64,000 bases of DNA from an uncultured Gammaproteobacteria bacterium (GTDB taxonomy: Bacteria > Patescibacteriota > Microgenomatia > Daviesbacterales > UBA10151), in the NCBI GenBank assembly GCA_964547465.1, contig CAZJNI010000005.1:7020-71019 (forward strand), written 5' to 3'. Below are positions 27,213 to 36,645 of the stretch, in pieces (the first letter of the stretch is position 1; every line of letters starts with the position of its first letter). A program made the position numbers and the translations under genes. The notes under the pieces were generated by a model. That model was not told the origin of the DNA, ran no database searches, and was given only the letters and a program-made list of their open reading frames with translations.

Positions 27213-28061
27213 ATGACAGAGGTACGTAATGATGCATCTGATTCATCATCAATAGAAGCGATACAGGTAGATCCAAAACTGGTGGAATATTATTTGGAAA
27301 GAATCCGAATTACACCTGACGAAAAACTTGCCCAAGAACTTGCTTCGGAACGACAAAAATTGGAAGCAGAAAAAGCCGAAGCAGAGGAAACCTCAAGGAT
27401 TGATTCATTAACTGGGTTAGGAAACAGAAGATTGCATGATGAAGAGCTTTCAAGAGCAGTAGAAGCTGCCATTAGTACAGGTAGGCCATTTTCTGTAACT
27501 TTTGCTGATATAGATCATTTTAAAATAATTAATGATAACCACGAGGGTAAACATCAAGCTGGCGATGCAGTATTAAAAACTGTTGCCCAGGCTTTAGTAA
27601 ATAGTACAAAAAGAGGGATAGATAGATCCTTTCGGTATGGAGGAGAAGAAATGGTAACTATCTTGCCAGTAGATTTAGAAGCTGCAATTGGTGTAGCAGA
27701 AAGACAACGGAGAAATGCAGAACAAGCTACTGCTCATTTTAATGGAGAAGATATTAAAGTCACAATCTCTTTAGGCATAAGCTGTTTTGACCCCAAAGAA
27801 GTTCCTTTGCTTACTTCTTTAGATCCAAATGATCATGCAAAAAATAAACAAATAGTCGATATTGTAGTGCAGGAGGCAACAAAAAGAATTATACTTGAGG
27901 CAGATACAGCTATGTATGAAGCAAAAAAGGCAGGTAGAAATATGGTCGCGCTTAAAGAGAAAGGTAGCGATACAGTGGGTATTATGAAAAGAGATCCTCA
28001 AAACCCTAGGAATACTTCAATGGATCGCGTACCTTTTGTCCCGAATGCAAAATCAGGATAA
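27213..28061 (+). CDS. GGDEF-domain protein (putative diguanylate cyclase) with an N-terminal coiled-coil. The motif reads RYGGEEM rather than GGDEF/GGEEF.
   Basis: Contains DIDHFKIIND and RYGGEEMV. Confidence 0.7.
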   Translation: MTEVRNDASDSSSIEAIQVDPKLVEYYLERIRITPDEKLAQELASERQKLEAEKAEAEETSRIDSLTGLGNRRLHDEELSRAVEAAISTGRPFSVTFADIDHFKIINDNHEGKHQAGDAVLKTVAQALVNSTKRGIDRSFRYGGEEMVTILPVDLEAAIGVAERQRRNAEQATAHFNGEDIKVTISLGISCFDPKEVPLLTSLDPNDHAKNKQIVDIVVQEATKRIILEADTAMYEAKKAGRNMVALKEKGSDTVGIMKRDPQNPRNTSMDRVPFVPNAKSG

Positions 28062-28081
28062 ATCTTGTAAAATATCCCACT

Positions 28082-28621
28082 ATGACTTATCCTAGAGTAG
28101 AAACAATGGTTGATCAGATACCGGAAAATAGTACTTTTGATCCTACCGAAATACTGGATAAAGGACCTTTTTTAAGATTATTAACCGACAAAACAGCACA
28201 GGCTGCTACCCATAAAACCAATTTAACACTTATGATGTTAGACTTTAGTGTAAATACCGAAGAAGCACTTAAATCAGCTTTACAAATGGTAAAAGAAAAA
28301 AGTGCAGGTATAGTTGAGTCTGGAAAAATTGGTATCATCCTACCCAAACTTGATATGGACACTTCACTTGCAACAGCTGTACTTTTATTAAATACTATAT
28401 CAGCATTATTGTCCCGAAAAGGGGGCTTTGTACCAACCATTGGTGTAGCTTTTTATGATCGTAGCGACAAAGGAAGCACGAATTTTTTATACAGCAGGGC
28501 TTTTGATGCATTAAGTAAAGCTCAAAAAGGAGATAAAAATATTGCTGTGGTTTTGACACCAAAACAAAAAATATCACTTAATGGATTACGGGAAGATATC
28601 CGAGCGCAAATTATAGTATAA
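28082..28621 (+). CDS. Hypothetical protein with a degenerate GGDEF-like fold and no catalytic motif.
   Basis: LTLMMLDF...ESGKIGIILP...PTIGVAFY parallels the GGDEF scaffold. Confidence 0.35.
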   Translation: MTYPRVETMVDQIPENSTFDPTEILDKGPFLRLLTDKTAQAATHKTNLTLMMLDFSVNTEEALKSALQMVKEKSAGIVESGKIGIILPKLDMDTSLATAVLLLNTISALLSRKGGFVPTIGVAFYDRSDKGSTNFLYSRAFDALSKAQKGDKNIAVVLTPKQKISLNGLREDIRAQIIV

Positions 28622-28623
28622 AA

Positions 28624-29700
28624 TTACTTCAATACATAAATAGCTTTTTTGGTGCCGCCGGACTTTTTTACCAGACCTTTTTGGCGCAAAAACTTAAGCT
28701 CCCGCAAAACTGTATCATCTGAAAAATCCGGGAATATTTTTCTAAAATCTTTATTAGATAAACCCTTATGCCGGTGAATATATTCCATAATCATCATCTG
28801 CCGCTCATTTAAGGCAATCTGCTCCCCTAATTTATCCTTAATCCTGGCATCTGTTGAAATCCTCTGGACTTTTTCTTTAACTCTATTTAACTCAATAGCC
28901 ACACCTTCTGTAAAATATTCCAGCCATGGAGTTAAATCCCGCTCATGAGTATCCAAAACCAGCTGATTTGAGACAGCCTGCAGCGTTAAATAATAATCCA
29001 TGGGGTTTTCATCAAAATATTCCTCAAATGAGAAAAATTTCCTGATGTCATATCCATCCAGAAACATAATTAAAGTAGCAGTGGCCCTGGCAACTCTGCC
29101 ATTCCCATCCACAAAAGGGTGAATCCTGGCCAACTCATAATGAATGATACCGGCTTTTATAACAGGATTGCTGGATTTTGCCTCATCAGAGTTTATCCAG
29201 TTAACTAAATCCTCAACCTGGTATGGCACTTCCACTGCCGGAGGAGGAGTATAGGAAACTTGTCCGGTTTTGGTATTCCTGATTACCACTTGACGGATTC
29301 TAAATTTGCCACAAGAGTTCTCGGGCAGGATTTTTTCTGTGGTTAGCTTGTGCATTTCTAAAATTGTCTCCAAAGTAAAATTATATGCACCACTCTGACC
29401 AATTTGAGCTTGCACAGTATCTATAAACTTTAAAACATTCCTATAATTTAGTACCTCTTGAACATCCCGATCGCGTGCTACTACCTCCTGGCCATCCAAC
29501 ACATCTTTCACCTCTTCCTCTGACAGGGCATTTCCTTCCAGATGAGTGCCATGATGGACAGTTCTCTCCATAGCCTCTTTTCTAAATTTAGCCTCCCAGG
29601 CAGGAACCAGCGGAGCATTCATGATGACCTCACGAGCAGCTTCAACTATACCAATAGATTTTAAAACCTTGTTGGTGATCGTATACTTGGGAATAAACAT
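28624..29700 (-). CDS. Fic/DOC family protein.
   Basis: Canonical Fic motif HPFVDGNGRVAR. Confidence 0.85.
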   Translation of the reverse strand: MFIPKYTITNKVLKSIGIVEAAREVIMNAPLVPAWEAKFRKEAMERTVHHGTHLEGNALSEEEVKDVLDGQEVVARDRDVQEVLNYRNVLKFIDTVQAQIGQSGAYNFTLETILEMHKLTTEKILPENSCGKFRIRQVVIRNTKTGQVSYTPPPAVEVPYQVEDLVNWINSDEAKSSNPVIKAGIIHYELARIHPFVDGNGRVARATATLIMFLDGYDIRKFFSFEEYFDENPMDYYLTLQAVSNQLVLDTHERDLTPWLEYFTEGVAIELNRVKEKVQRISTDARIKDKLGEQIALNERQMMIMEYIHRHKGLSNKDFRKIFPDFSDDTVLRELKFLRQKGLVKKSGGTKKAIYVLK

Positions 29701-29763
29701 TGACTCAATTTTCGCACATTTCCCGCAAAAAATCTAATTAAGAGTGGGACAATCTAGGACCTT

Positions 29764-30168
29764 CTACCTTTGATCCCGTGTGTCTCTAGCCTGATCATTA
29801 GCCTTCCTATTTTTTTCGTCCTTTATATCCCAAGCTCGGAGTATTGCTTCTTTGGATACACCTGCTTCAATTAAAGACCAAACCCATTGAGAATCATTAA
29901 TAAATTTTTCCCCTGCCTCAACTACTTTTCCAAAATCTCTAGCTAGTTCTATATGTTCTATGTTGTCAATTAGTTTGAATCTCTCAACAGTTTCTGTTTT
30001 TCTTGAAACTGCTAATCTGCCTAATCTAGTGTTTTCTTCCATTCTAGCTGAAAATCTTTCTTGAACAGGAACCTCATTTCCTGAGCCTTCATTACCTATC
30101 ATATGATTCCAATTAAACTCTCTCTCTCTCTCTGCCTTTGTCAAGCTTCCGCTTCTACAGTCATTCAT
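29764..30168 (-). CDS. Hypothetical protein (134 aa) with a (GA)7 dinucleotide tract near its 5' end.
   Basis: The ORF is present. ctctctctctctct lies at 30121-30134. Confidence 0.4.
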   Translation of the reverse strand: MNDCRSGSLTKAEREREFNWNHMIGNEGSGNEVPVQERFSARMEENTRLGRLAVSRKTETVERFKLIDNIEHIELARDFGKVVEAGEKFINDSQWVWSLIEAGVSKEAILRAWDIKDEKNRKANDQARDTRDQR

Positions 30169-30190
30169 ACCATTTGCTTGTACGATCGTA

Positions 30191-30730
30191 TCACGAAATG
30201 GTATGGCTTAATTTATTGGATTCAATAATTATCACCCACTTCTCTATCCCCAAATCCTTAATATAAGAATTTAGCTTATCAAAAATATTTCTTTTGGAAA
30301 TCCAGACACTTTTTTGTAAATGTTTGAAACCCCATTTTTTAAGATTCCTTCTAAAAAGGTTTCTGATAATCCGCTTTTCCTCCGGGATATCAAAAATAAC
30401 AATCCTGTATTTCCCATCCCATTTACTTTCATCAAATGGATCTTGTATCAAATCCCTTCCCTCTTCTGTTAATTTTATAATTATATCCTTTTTCAGCTTT
30501 ACTTCCTCAATTAAGCCATTTTCTCTTAATCTTTTAAGAGCTTGAGAAAGTGATGACTGCCTAAGCTCTGGGACCCCATAATGATACCTATAATAGTGGT
30601 TTGCAAAATCTTCAAATCTAACATAACCATCTACAGTTTTCTCTAATACTAAAAGGATTGCTTTTGTTAAACTTCCTTCCCTTCTGGCCTTCATAACAAT
30701 ATGATGTACGATCGCATACCGTATTGTCAA
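30191..30730 (-). CDS. PaaX-like regulator with an N-terminal wHTH and a C-terminal Cas2-like fold.
   Basis: The C-terminal YRIVIFDIPEEKR...LQKSVWIS is Cas2/PaaX_C-like. Confidence 0.55.
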   Translation of the reverse strand: MTIRYAIVHHIVMKARREGSLTKAILLVLEKTVDGYVRFEDFANHYYRYHYGVPELRQSSLSQALKRLRENGLIEEVKLKKDIIIKLTEEGRDLIQDPFDESKWDGKYRIVIFDIPEEKRIIRNLFRRNLKKWGFKHLQKSVWISKRNIFDKLNSYIKDLGIEKWVIIIESNKLSHTIS

Positions 30731-30739
30731 TATATGAAC

Positions 30740-33700
30740 TTAATTACTGACATACTCATCCCAGGATTTTATTTGAAGATCCCCCATTTTTTTGGAAGAT
30801 AAGGCGGAAATCAAAAGTTGTGCTGATTGAAGATTGGTAACAAGCGTAATTCCCAAATCCACACAATTTCTTCTGATAATATAGCCGTCAGTCTCTCCTT
30901 TTTCCCCTCCTCCCTCCGAGATATTTATGGCCAAATCGATTTTGCCGTCTTTTAATAAATCCAAAATTGACGGGTGTTTTTTCTCTGAAATTTTATAAAC
31001 TTTAGTATTTTTAACACCGGATTCCTTCAGGAAATCTGCTGTCCCTTCTGTTGCATAAATTTCAAAGCCTAAATTGTTCAATCTTTTTGCAGCAATCAGC
31101 ATATCAAGTTTATTCTTCTGCCCGCCTAAGGATAAAAAAATATATTTCTTTGGCCATTTAAATCCTGTTGAAAGCAGAGATTTAAGATATGCTTCTTGCA
31201 AATCCAAGCCAAAACAAGCAACCTCTCCGGTTGAGGACATCTCCACCCGAAGCCTTGGATCTGCTCCTTTAATTCTATTAAAAGAAAACTGCGGTGCTTT
31301 AACAGCCACATAATCTAGATCTAGCGTTTTAAAATCCCCCTCTATTTTCTCACCCAGCATAACTTTGGTGGCCAAATCTATAAAATTATATCCTGTTACT
31401 TTTGAAACAAAGGGGAAAGATCTGGACGCTCTAAGGTTTAGTTCAATTACCAAAATTTTATTTTCTTTGGCTAAGAATTGGATATTAAATGGTCCGTTAA
31501 TTTTTAATTCTTTGATTATTTTTTTGGTTGCATCTTTTATTTTTCTGACAGTTTCCAAATAAAGCCGTTGAGGCGGCAAAACTATAGTTGAGTCCCCTGA
31601 ATGAACCCCGGCATTTTCAACATGTTCTGAAATTGCATATATTAAAAGTTCACCGTTTTGTCCAACACCATCAATTTCGATTTCCTTTGCCCCTTCCACA
31701 AATTTGGAAATTACCACCGGATGTTCGCTGGATACATCTGAAGCCTCTTTTAAATATTTTTTTAAATCAGAAGATGAATATGCAACATTCATGGCCGAGC
31801 CTGAAAGTACATAAGATGGCCTCACTAGCACCGGATAGCCGATCTTTCTTGAAAAAGTTAATGCTTCAGAAACATTTTTCAAGATACTCCATAAAGGTTG
31901 TTTAATTTTTAACTTATCCAAAAGCGCGGAGAATTTATTCCTATCTTCTGCAATATCAATAGAGATGGGTGATGTTCCTAAAATTTTGTATCCAAAGTTA
32001 TGACACCTCATTGCCAGATTATTTGGCACCTGCCCCCCGAAACCTAAAATAAGACTTGCTGTTTGTTCCAAGTCATAAATATCTGATACCCGCTCATATG
32101 TTAACTCTTCAAAATATAGCTTGTCAGCTAAATCATAATCTGTTGAAACAGTTTCAGGATTACAATTTATAATAATTGTCTCTAAACCTTTATTCCTTAA
32201 AGTCTGTGCACAAGTTACGGAACACCAGTCAAATTCCACAGATGATCCGATTCTATAAGGTCCGGATCCCAAGACTATTGCTTTAGCGCGTAAGCGCGAG
32301 CTTTGCTCGTTACTTGGAACTTGGAACTTGGAACTTGGAACTTCTGATTCATCAGCATGATATGTCAGATATAAATAATTTGTTTTGGCCGGGAATTCTC
32401 CTGCCAAAGTATCAATATGTTTTACTTTCGGAATTATTTTATGCTTTTTTCTAAACTCTCTAATTTTTTGCTCTGTTGTTTTAACAGCTTTTGCAATCAG
32501 TTTGTCAGAAAACCCCAGCTTTTTCGCATTCAAAATAGTCTGATAGCTGATAGCTGACGACTGATAGCTTCTTAAATTTTTCTCGAATTCTACAATTTCC
32601 TCAATATGATACAAAAACCAGGGATCAATTCCTGTTTCCTCATATACTTTCTCAATACTTTCTCCTTTTAAAAATCTTTGAGATATAGCAAAAATTCTTT
32701 CAGTTGTTGGCAGAAGCTTTGTATCGTCAACATCATTCCCGAGTAACCCATCCTGGCCAGTCTCCAACATCCTAATGGCTTTTTGCATTGCCTCTGGAAA
32801 ACTTCTGCCAACGGCCATCACCTCACCTACTGATTTCATTTCAGAGCCAATAGTTTCATGAGCCCCAACAAACTTCTGCAGATCCCATCTGGGGATTTTA
32901 ACCACAATATAATCCAAAGCCGGCTCAAAAAAAGCAGAGCTGGATTGTGTGACAGAGTTTCTTAAATCAGTTAGATTATGGCCAAGTCCTATTTTGGCAG
33001 CAATGTAGGCCAGCGGATAACCTGTGGCTTTGGAAGCTAGCGCTGATGATCTTGAAAGTCTGGCATTAACCTCAATTACTCTATAATCATTATTTTCCGG
33101 ATTTAGAGCATATTGAATATTACACTCCCCAACAATCCCTAAATATTCAATCACCTGCAAAGCCATTCTTCGTAACATATGATACTGATAATTGTTTAAA
33201 GTTTGAGAAGGAGCAACCACGATTGATTCTCCAGTGTGAATCCCTAACGGATCTAAATTCTCCATATTACAAACAGTGATTTTGTTGCCACTTTTATCTC
33301 TAACTACTTCATATTCAATCTCTTTCCAATGCTTTAAATACTCTTCAACAGCAATCTGGGGGGCTTGATGTAGAGCAGCTGAGGCCATCTTTACTAACTC
33401 ATCTTTACTGTTAACAACTCCAGATCCTAGGCCACCCAAAGAAAAGGCTGATCTGATAAGTAAAGGATAGCCCAATTTTTCAGCTAAATTTAGCGCTTGA
33501 TTTAAGGTTTTGGCAAAACCTCCTTTGGGGACTTTGATATTAATTTTTGAGAGCGTTTTGGCAAATAATTCCCTATCTTCTGTCACTTCGATAGTTTTAA
33601 CTGAAGTTCCCAAAACTTTAATCCCGTGTTTTTTAAACACCCCGCTCTTTTCCAAGGCTAAACCACAATTTAGGGCTGTTTGCCCTCCAAAAGAAAGATA

Positions 33701-33964
33701 TATTCCATCTGGTTTTTCTTTTTTAATTATTGCTTCCACAAAATAAGGGGTAACAGGAAGAAAATAAATCTTGTCCGCGAGATCTTTTGATGTTTGAATT
33801 GTAGCAATGTTAGGATTTATTAAAATAGTCTGCAGGCCTTCTTCTTTTAAGGCTTTCAAAGCCTGGGAGCCAGAGTAATCAAATTCCCCTGCCTCCCCTA
33901 TCTTTAGCGCTCCTGATCCTAAAACTAAAATTTTTTTCATAAGCAAAGCTTGCGATAACTTCAT
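30740..33964 (-). CDS. carB: Carbamoyl-phosphate synthase large subunit.
   Basis: 1074 aa with duplicated ATP-grasp halves and an MGS-like C-terminus. Confidence 0.95.
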   Translation of the reverse strand: MKLSQALLMKKILVLGSGALKIGEAGEFDYSGSQALKALKEEGLQTILINPNIATIQTSKDLADKIYFLPVTPYFVEAIIKKEKPDGIYLSFGGQTALNCGLALEKSGVFKKHGIKVLGTSVKTIEVTEDRELFAKTLSKINIKVPKGGFAKTLNQALNLAEKLGYPLLIRSAFSLGGLGSGVVNSKDELVKMASAALHQAPQIAVEEYLKHWKEIEYEVVRDKSGNKITVCNMENLDPLGIHTGESIVVAPSQTLNNYQYHMLRRMALQVIEYLGIVGECNIQYALNPENNDYRVIEVNARLSRSSALASKATGYPLAYIAAKIGLGHNLTDLRNSVTQSSSAFFEPALDYIVVKIPRWDLQKFVGAHETIGSEMKSVGEVMAVGRSFPEAMQKAIRMLETGQDGLLGNDVDDTKLLPTTERIFAISQRFLKGESIEKVYEETGIDPWFLYHIEEIVEFEKNLRSYQSSAISYQTILNAKKLGFSDKLIAKAVKTTEQKIREFRKKHKIIPKVKHIDTLAGEFPAKTNYLYLTYHADESEVPSSKFQVPSNEQSSRLRAKAIVLGSGPYRIGSSVEFDWCSVTCAQTLRNKGLETIIINCNPETVSTDYDLADKLYFEELTYERVSDIYDLEQTASLILGFGGQVPNNLAMRCHNFGYKILGTSPISIDIAEDRNKFSALLDKLKIKQPLWSILKNVSEALTFSRKIGYPVLVRPSYVLSGSAMNVAYSSSDLKKYLKEASDVSSEHPVVISKFVEGAKEIEIDGVGQNGELLIYAISEHVENAGVHSGDSTIVLPPQRLYLETVRKIKDATKKIIKELKINGPFNIQFLAKENKILVIELNLRASRSFPFVSKVTGYNFIDLATKVMLGEKIEGDFKTLDLDYVAVKAPQFSFNRIKGADPRLRVEMSSTGEVACFGLDLQEAYLKSLLSTGFKWPKKYIFLSLGGQKNKLDMLIAAKRLNNLGFEIYATEGTADFLKESGVKNTKVYKISEKKHPSILDLLKDGKIDLAINISEGGGEKGETDGYIIRRNCVDLGITLVTNLQSAQLLISALSSKKMGDLQIKSWDEYVSN
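32312..32339. repeat. Heptamer tandem repeat (ACTTGGA/GGAACTT) x4 inside the carB inter-domain linker, encoding KFQVPSS.
   Basis: Perfect period-7 repeat. Confidence 0.9.
32541..32568. repeat. Heptamer tandem repeat (TGATAGC) x3-4 inside carB.
   Basis: Period-7 repeat. Confidence 0.8.
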
Positions 33965-33982
33965 TATCTTAAGTAACTTAAG

Positions 33983-35086
33983 TTACTTAAGTAACTTAAT
34001 ATATTCATCAAAGAGAAATCCTGCATCAAATGGGCCTGGATTGGCTTCAGGATGAAATTGCACTGCCATAAATGGTTTTTTCTTATGCCTTATTCCTTCA
34101 TTTGTACCATCATTTAAATTCACAAACCACTCTTCCCATTCTTTACCCAAGGATTTCATGTCCACAGCAAAACCATGATTTTGAGAAGTTATAATTGCTT
34201 GATTGGTTACTTTATTTATAACAGGTTGGTTCTGCCCCCTATGACCAAACTTTAGCTTATATGTATTTCCTCCTGCAGCAAGACAGATAATCTGGGACCC
34301 TAAACAAATTCCAAAAGTGGGAAGTCCTTTTTTTAAAACATCAGCCACATTCTTAATTGTAATTTGGGCTTGTTTTGGATCTCCCGGCCCATTTGAAATA
34401 AATACTCCATTATATTTAAAATCAGCCTCTAGCGGATTAAAATCCCAGGGTACTTTGGTTATTTTTACCCCTCTTCTATTCAGTGATCTAATAATATTTT
34501 CCTTATCCCCGCAATCAATTAACACAACATTTTTCTTTCCTTCACCATACACCTCTATCTTATCCACACTCACATACGGCAGTACATTCTCTGAATTGGG
34601 ATCATAGATCTTCTTTCCACCTTCCATCTTCAATTTTCCAACTTCCAACTTTCCCAGCATCACCCCATGTTTCCTTAACTTGATGGTTAATGATCTTGTA
34701 TCAACCCCGGCTAATGCAGGGACACCTTCAGTTTTTAGCCAATCAGAAAGTGTTCTTTCAGATTCAAAATGAGAAGGGTCATCAATATAATTTTGTACAA
34801 TTAAAGCTTTAACCTGAATCTTTTTTGATTCCCAGAATTTTTTATCAGGAACACCATAATTGCCAACCAGCGGGTAAGTTAAAACCAAAATTTGTCCAAA
34901 ATATGATGGGTCTGTTAGAGATTCCGGGTATCCTACCATTCCGGTATTAAAAACCACCTCGCCGGACGTGGGCTCATCGCCCAATGAGGTACTAACCCCT
35001 GCTCCAAAGCTTTGCCCTAAAAAAACTGTCCCATCGGACAGAATCAGTTTACCCATATTTTGTCCTTTAAACTTAAAGCCTGCCAA
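33983..35086 (-). CDS. carA: Carbamoyl-phosphate synthase small subunit (glutamine amidotransferase).
   Basis: Class I GATase catalytic Cys context GICLGSQ. Confidence 0.9.
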   Translation of the reverse strand: MAGFKFKGQNMGKLILSDGTVFLGQSFGAGVSTSLGDEPTSGEVVFNTGMVGYPESLTDPSYFGQILVLTYPLVGNYGVPDKKFWESKKIQVKALIVQNYIDDPSHFESERTLSDWLKTEGVPALAGVDTRSLTIKLRKHGVMLGKLEVGKLKMEGGKKIYDPNSENVLPYVSVDKIEVYGEGKKNVVLIDCGDKENIIRSLNRRGVKITKVPWDFNPLEADFKYNGVFISNGPGDPKQAQITIKNVADVLKKGLPTFGICLGSQIICLAAGGNTYKLKFGHRGQNQPVINKVTNQAIITSQNHGFAVDMKSLGKEWEEWFVNLNDGTNEGIRHKKKPFMAVQFHPEANPGPFDAGFLFDEYIKLLK

Positions 35087-36014
35087 GCACTAAACTAAGT
35101 AATGCCTCACGAACATATAAACCATTTCTGGCCTGGGAAAAATAAATAGCATTCGGGTGTGCATCCAACTCTGATGTCATTTCATTTACTCTGGGTAGTG
35201 GGTGCATTAACTTTACCCCCTTATCCAACTGACTTAAGAACTCCTTGCCTAATATGAATTCATCTTTGATCTTGTTATAAATTTTCATATCTTCAAACCT
35301 TTCTTTTTGAACTCTTGTTTGATACAGAAAATTTATTCCATTAAAATCTTCAGGGGTTTTTGTCAAAATCTTAAAATTTATCTTTCTTTTTTTCAAAAGT
35401 TTAAGATATTCATCAGGCATAGCCAAGCTCGGATGGGAGATGAAAATTTGTTTTACTCTAAAATTAGACAAAGCAACAGAAAGGGCATGTACAGTTCTGC
35501 CATATTTTAAATCACCCATAAAAGCTACACTAATGCCGTCGATTTTACCAGCTTCTTTGAGCATTGTATAAAGATCAAGCATAGTTTGAGTAGGATGCTG
35601 GTTAGGTCCGTCTCCGGCATTAATTACTGGAATTTGGGCTACATCTGCAGCTTCCTTGGCAGCCCCGGCCTTTGGGTGTCTGATAATCAATACATCTGCG
35701 TAAGCATCCATAATTCTGATGGTATCGGCAAAAGTTTCACCTTTGTGGATACTGGTAGACTCCGGGTCATTAAACCCAATTACCCCCATGCCTATTTTTT
35801 GGGCAGCTGACCTGAAGGATTGTTCAGTACGGGTGGATTGCTCAAAAAACAACACTGCGGCAATTTTACCCTGGGCAATTGTGTAATTGGATCTGTCTTT
35901 TTTGACAAAGTAAGGATCAAATTTTTTAGCTGTTTTTAAAATGAATAATAATTCCTTCCTGGAAAAATCATTTATGTCTATAATGTCTCTACCCTTAAAG
36001 TTAGCTGTACCCAT
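35073..36014 (-). CDS. pyrB: Aspartate carbamoyltransferase catalytic subunit. The likely start is the Met at 36014. The longer ORF to 36038 begins inside a hairpin.
   Basis: Contains STRTR (QSTRTEQSF) and HPLP. Confidence 0.9.
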   Translation of the reverse strand: MGTANFKGRDIIDINDFSRKELLFILKTAKKFDPYFVKKDRSNYTIAQGKIAAVLFFEQSTRTEQSFRSAAQKIGMGVIGFNDPESTSIHKGETFADTIRIMDAYADVLIIRHPKAGAAKEAADVAQIPVINAGDGPNQHPTQTMLDLYTMLKEAGKIDGISVAFMGDLKYGRTVHALSVALSNFRVKQIFISHPSLAMPDEYLKLLKKRKINFKILTKTPEDFNGINFLYQTRVQKERFEDMKIYNKIKDEFILGKEFLSQLDKGVKLMHPLPRVNEMTSELDAHPNAIYFSQARNGLYVREALLSLVLGRL

Positions 36015-36138
36015 ATTTTTTAAAAAAAATCCGCCCATTGGCGGATCAACTAATTATCAAAAATAATCTAAAAATGTATCTTTTAAGCATAGAACCTTTG
36101 CATAGTTTAATATTAATGAATCTGCTTGTCAACAACTA

Positions 36139-36645
36139 TCAAGAAAGCGTGATATCATACATTTTCATAAGAGCTGGTTTATTGTTTTTTGTTTTTAAAA
36201 ATTTTGAATATGTGGGCTTACTCTTAACTCTTAACATACCTTCGATTACTTTTTGAGCTTTTTTATTTTCCAGTTCCACAATTGCTATTAGTTGAGAACC
36301 GGGGTAAAGATCTAAATGTAGATCTCTGGCCGATTTTAATATTAACACCCCGAAACCTCCTGGTTTAAAAGACAACCACGAGCCGAATTCTTTTATCTCT
36401 TGGCCGGTGGAGTTTTGTCCATAATGCCAGATCTGTCCAAAAGCCAGAAGATTTCCCTTATTATCCAGACATAAAATTGTCCTGCCATCATTCATAGCTT
36501 CAACAATCTGATTGGGACTAAATTGAACCATGGTATAGGGATGCACAGACAACCCCTGACTTATTTGATTGGCATAACCCAAAAGTCTGTCTTGAGGAAG
36601 TTGTTTAACAGCTTCTCCCATAATAATTTTTTCAGCCCTGTTCAT
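36139..36645 (-). CDS. Hypothetical protein, possibly GNAT-like, embedded in the pyr operon.
   Basis: ATGA overlap with the pyrC stop. A weak GNAT motif (KPGGFG). Confidence 0.3.
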   Translation of the reverse strand: MNRAEKIIMGEAVKQLPQDRLLGYANQISQGLSVHPYTMVQFSPNQIVEAMNDGRTILCLDNKGNLLAFGQIWHYGQNSTGQEIKEFGSWLSFKPGGFGVLILKSARDLHLDLYPGSQLIAIVELENKKAQKVIEGMLRVKSKPTYSKFLKTKNNKPALMKMYDITLS

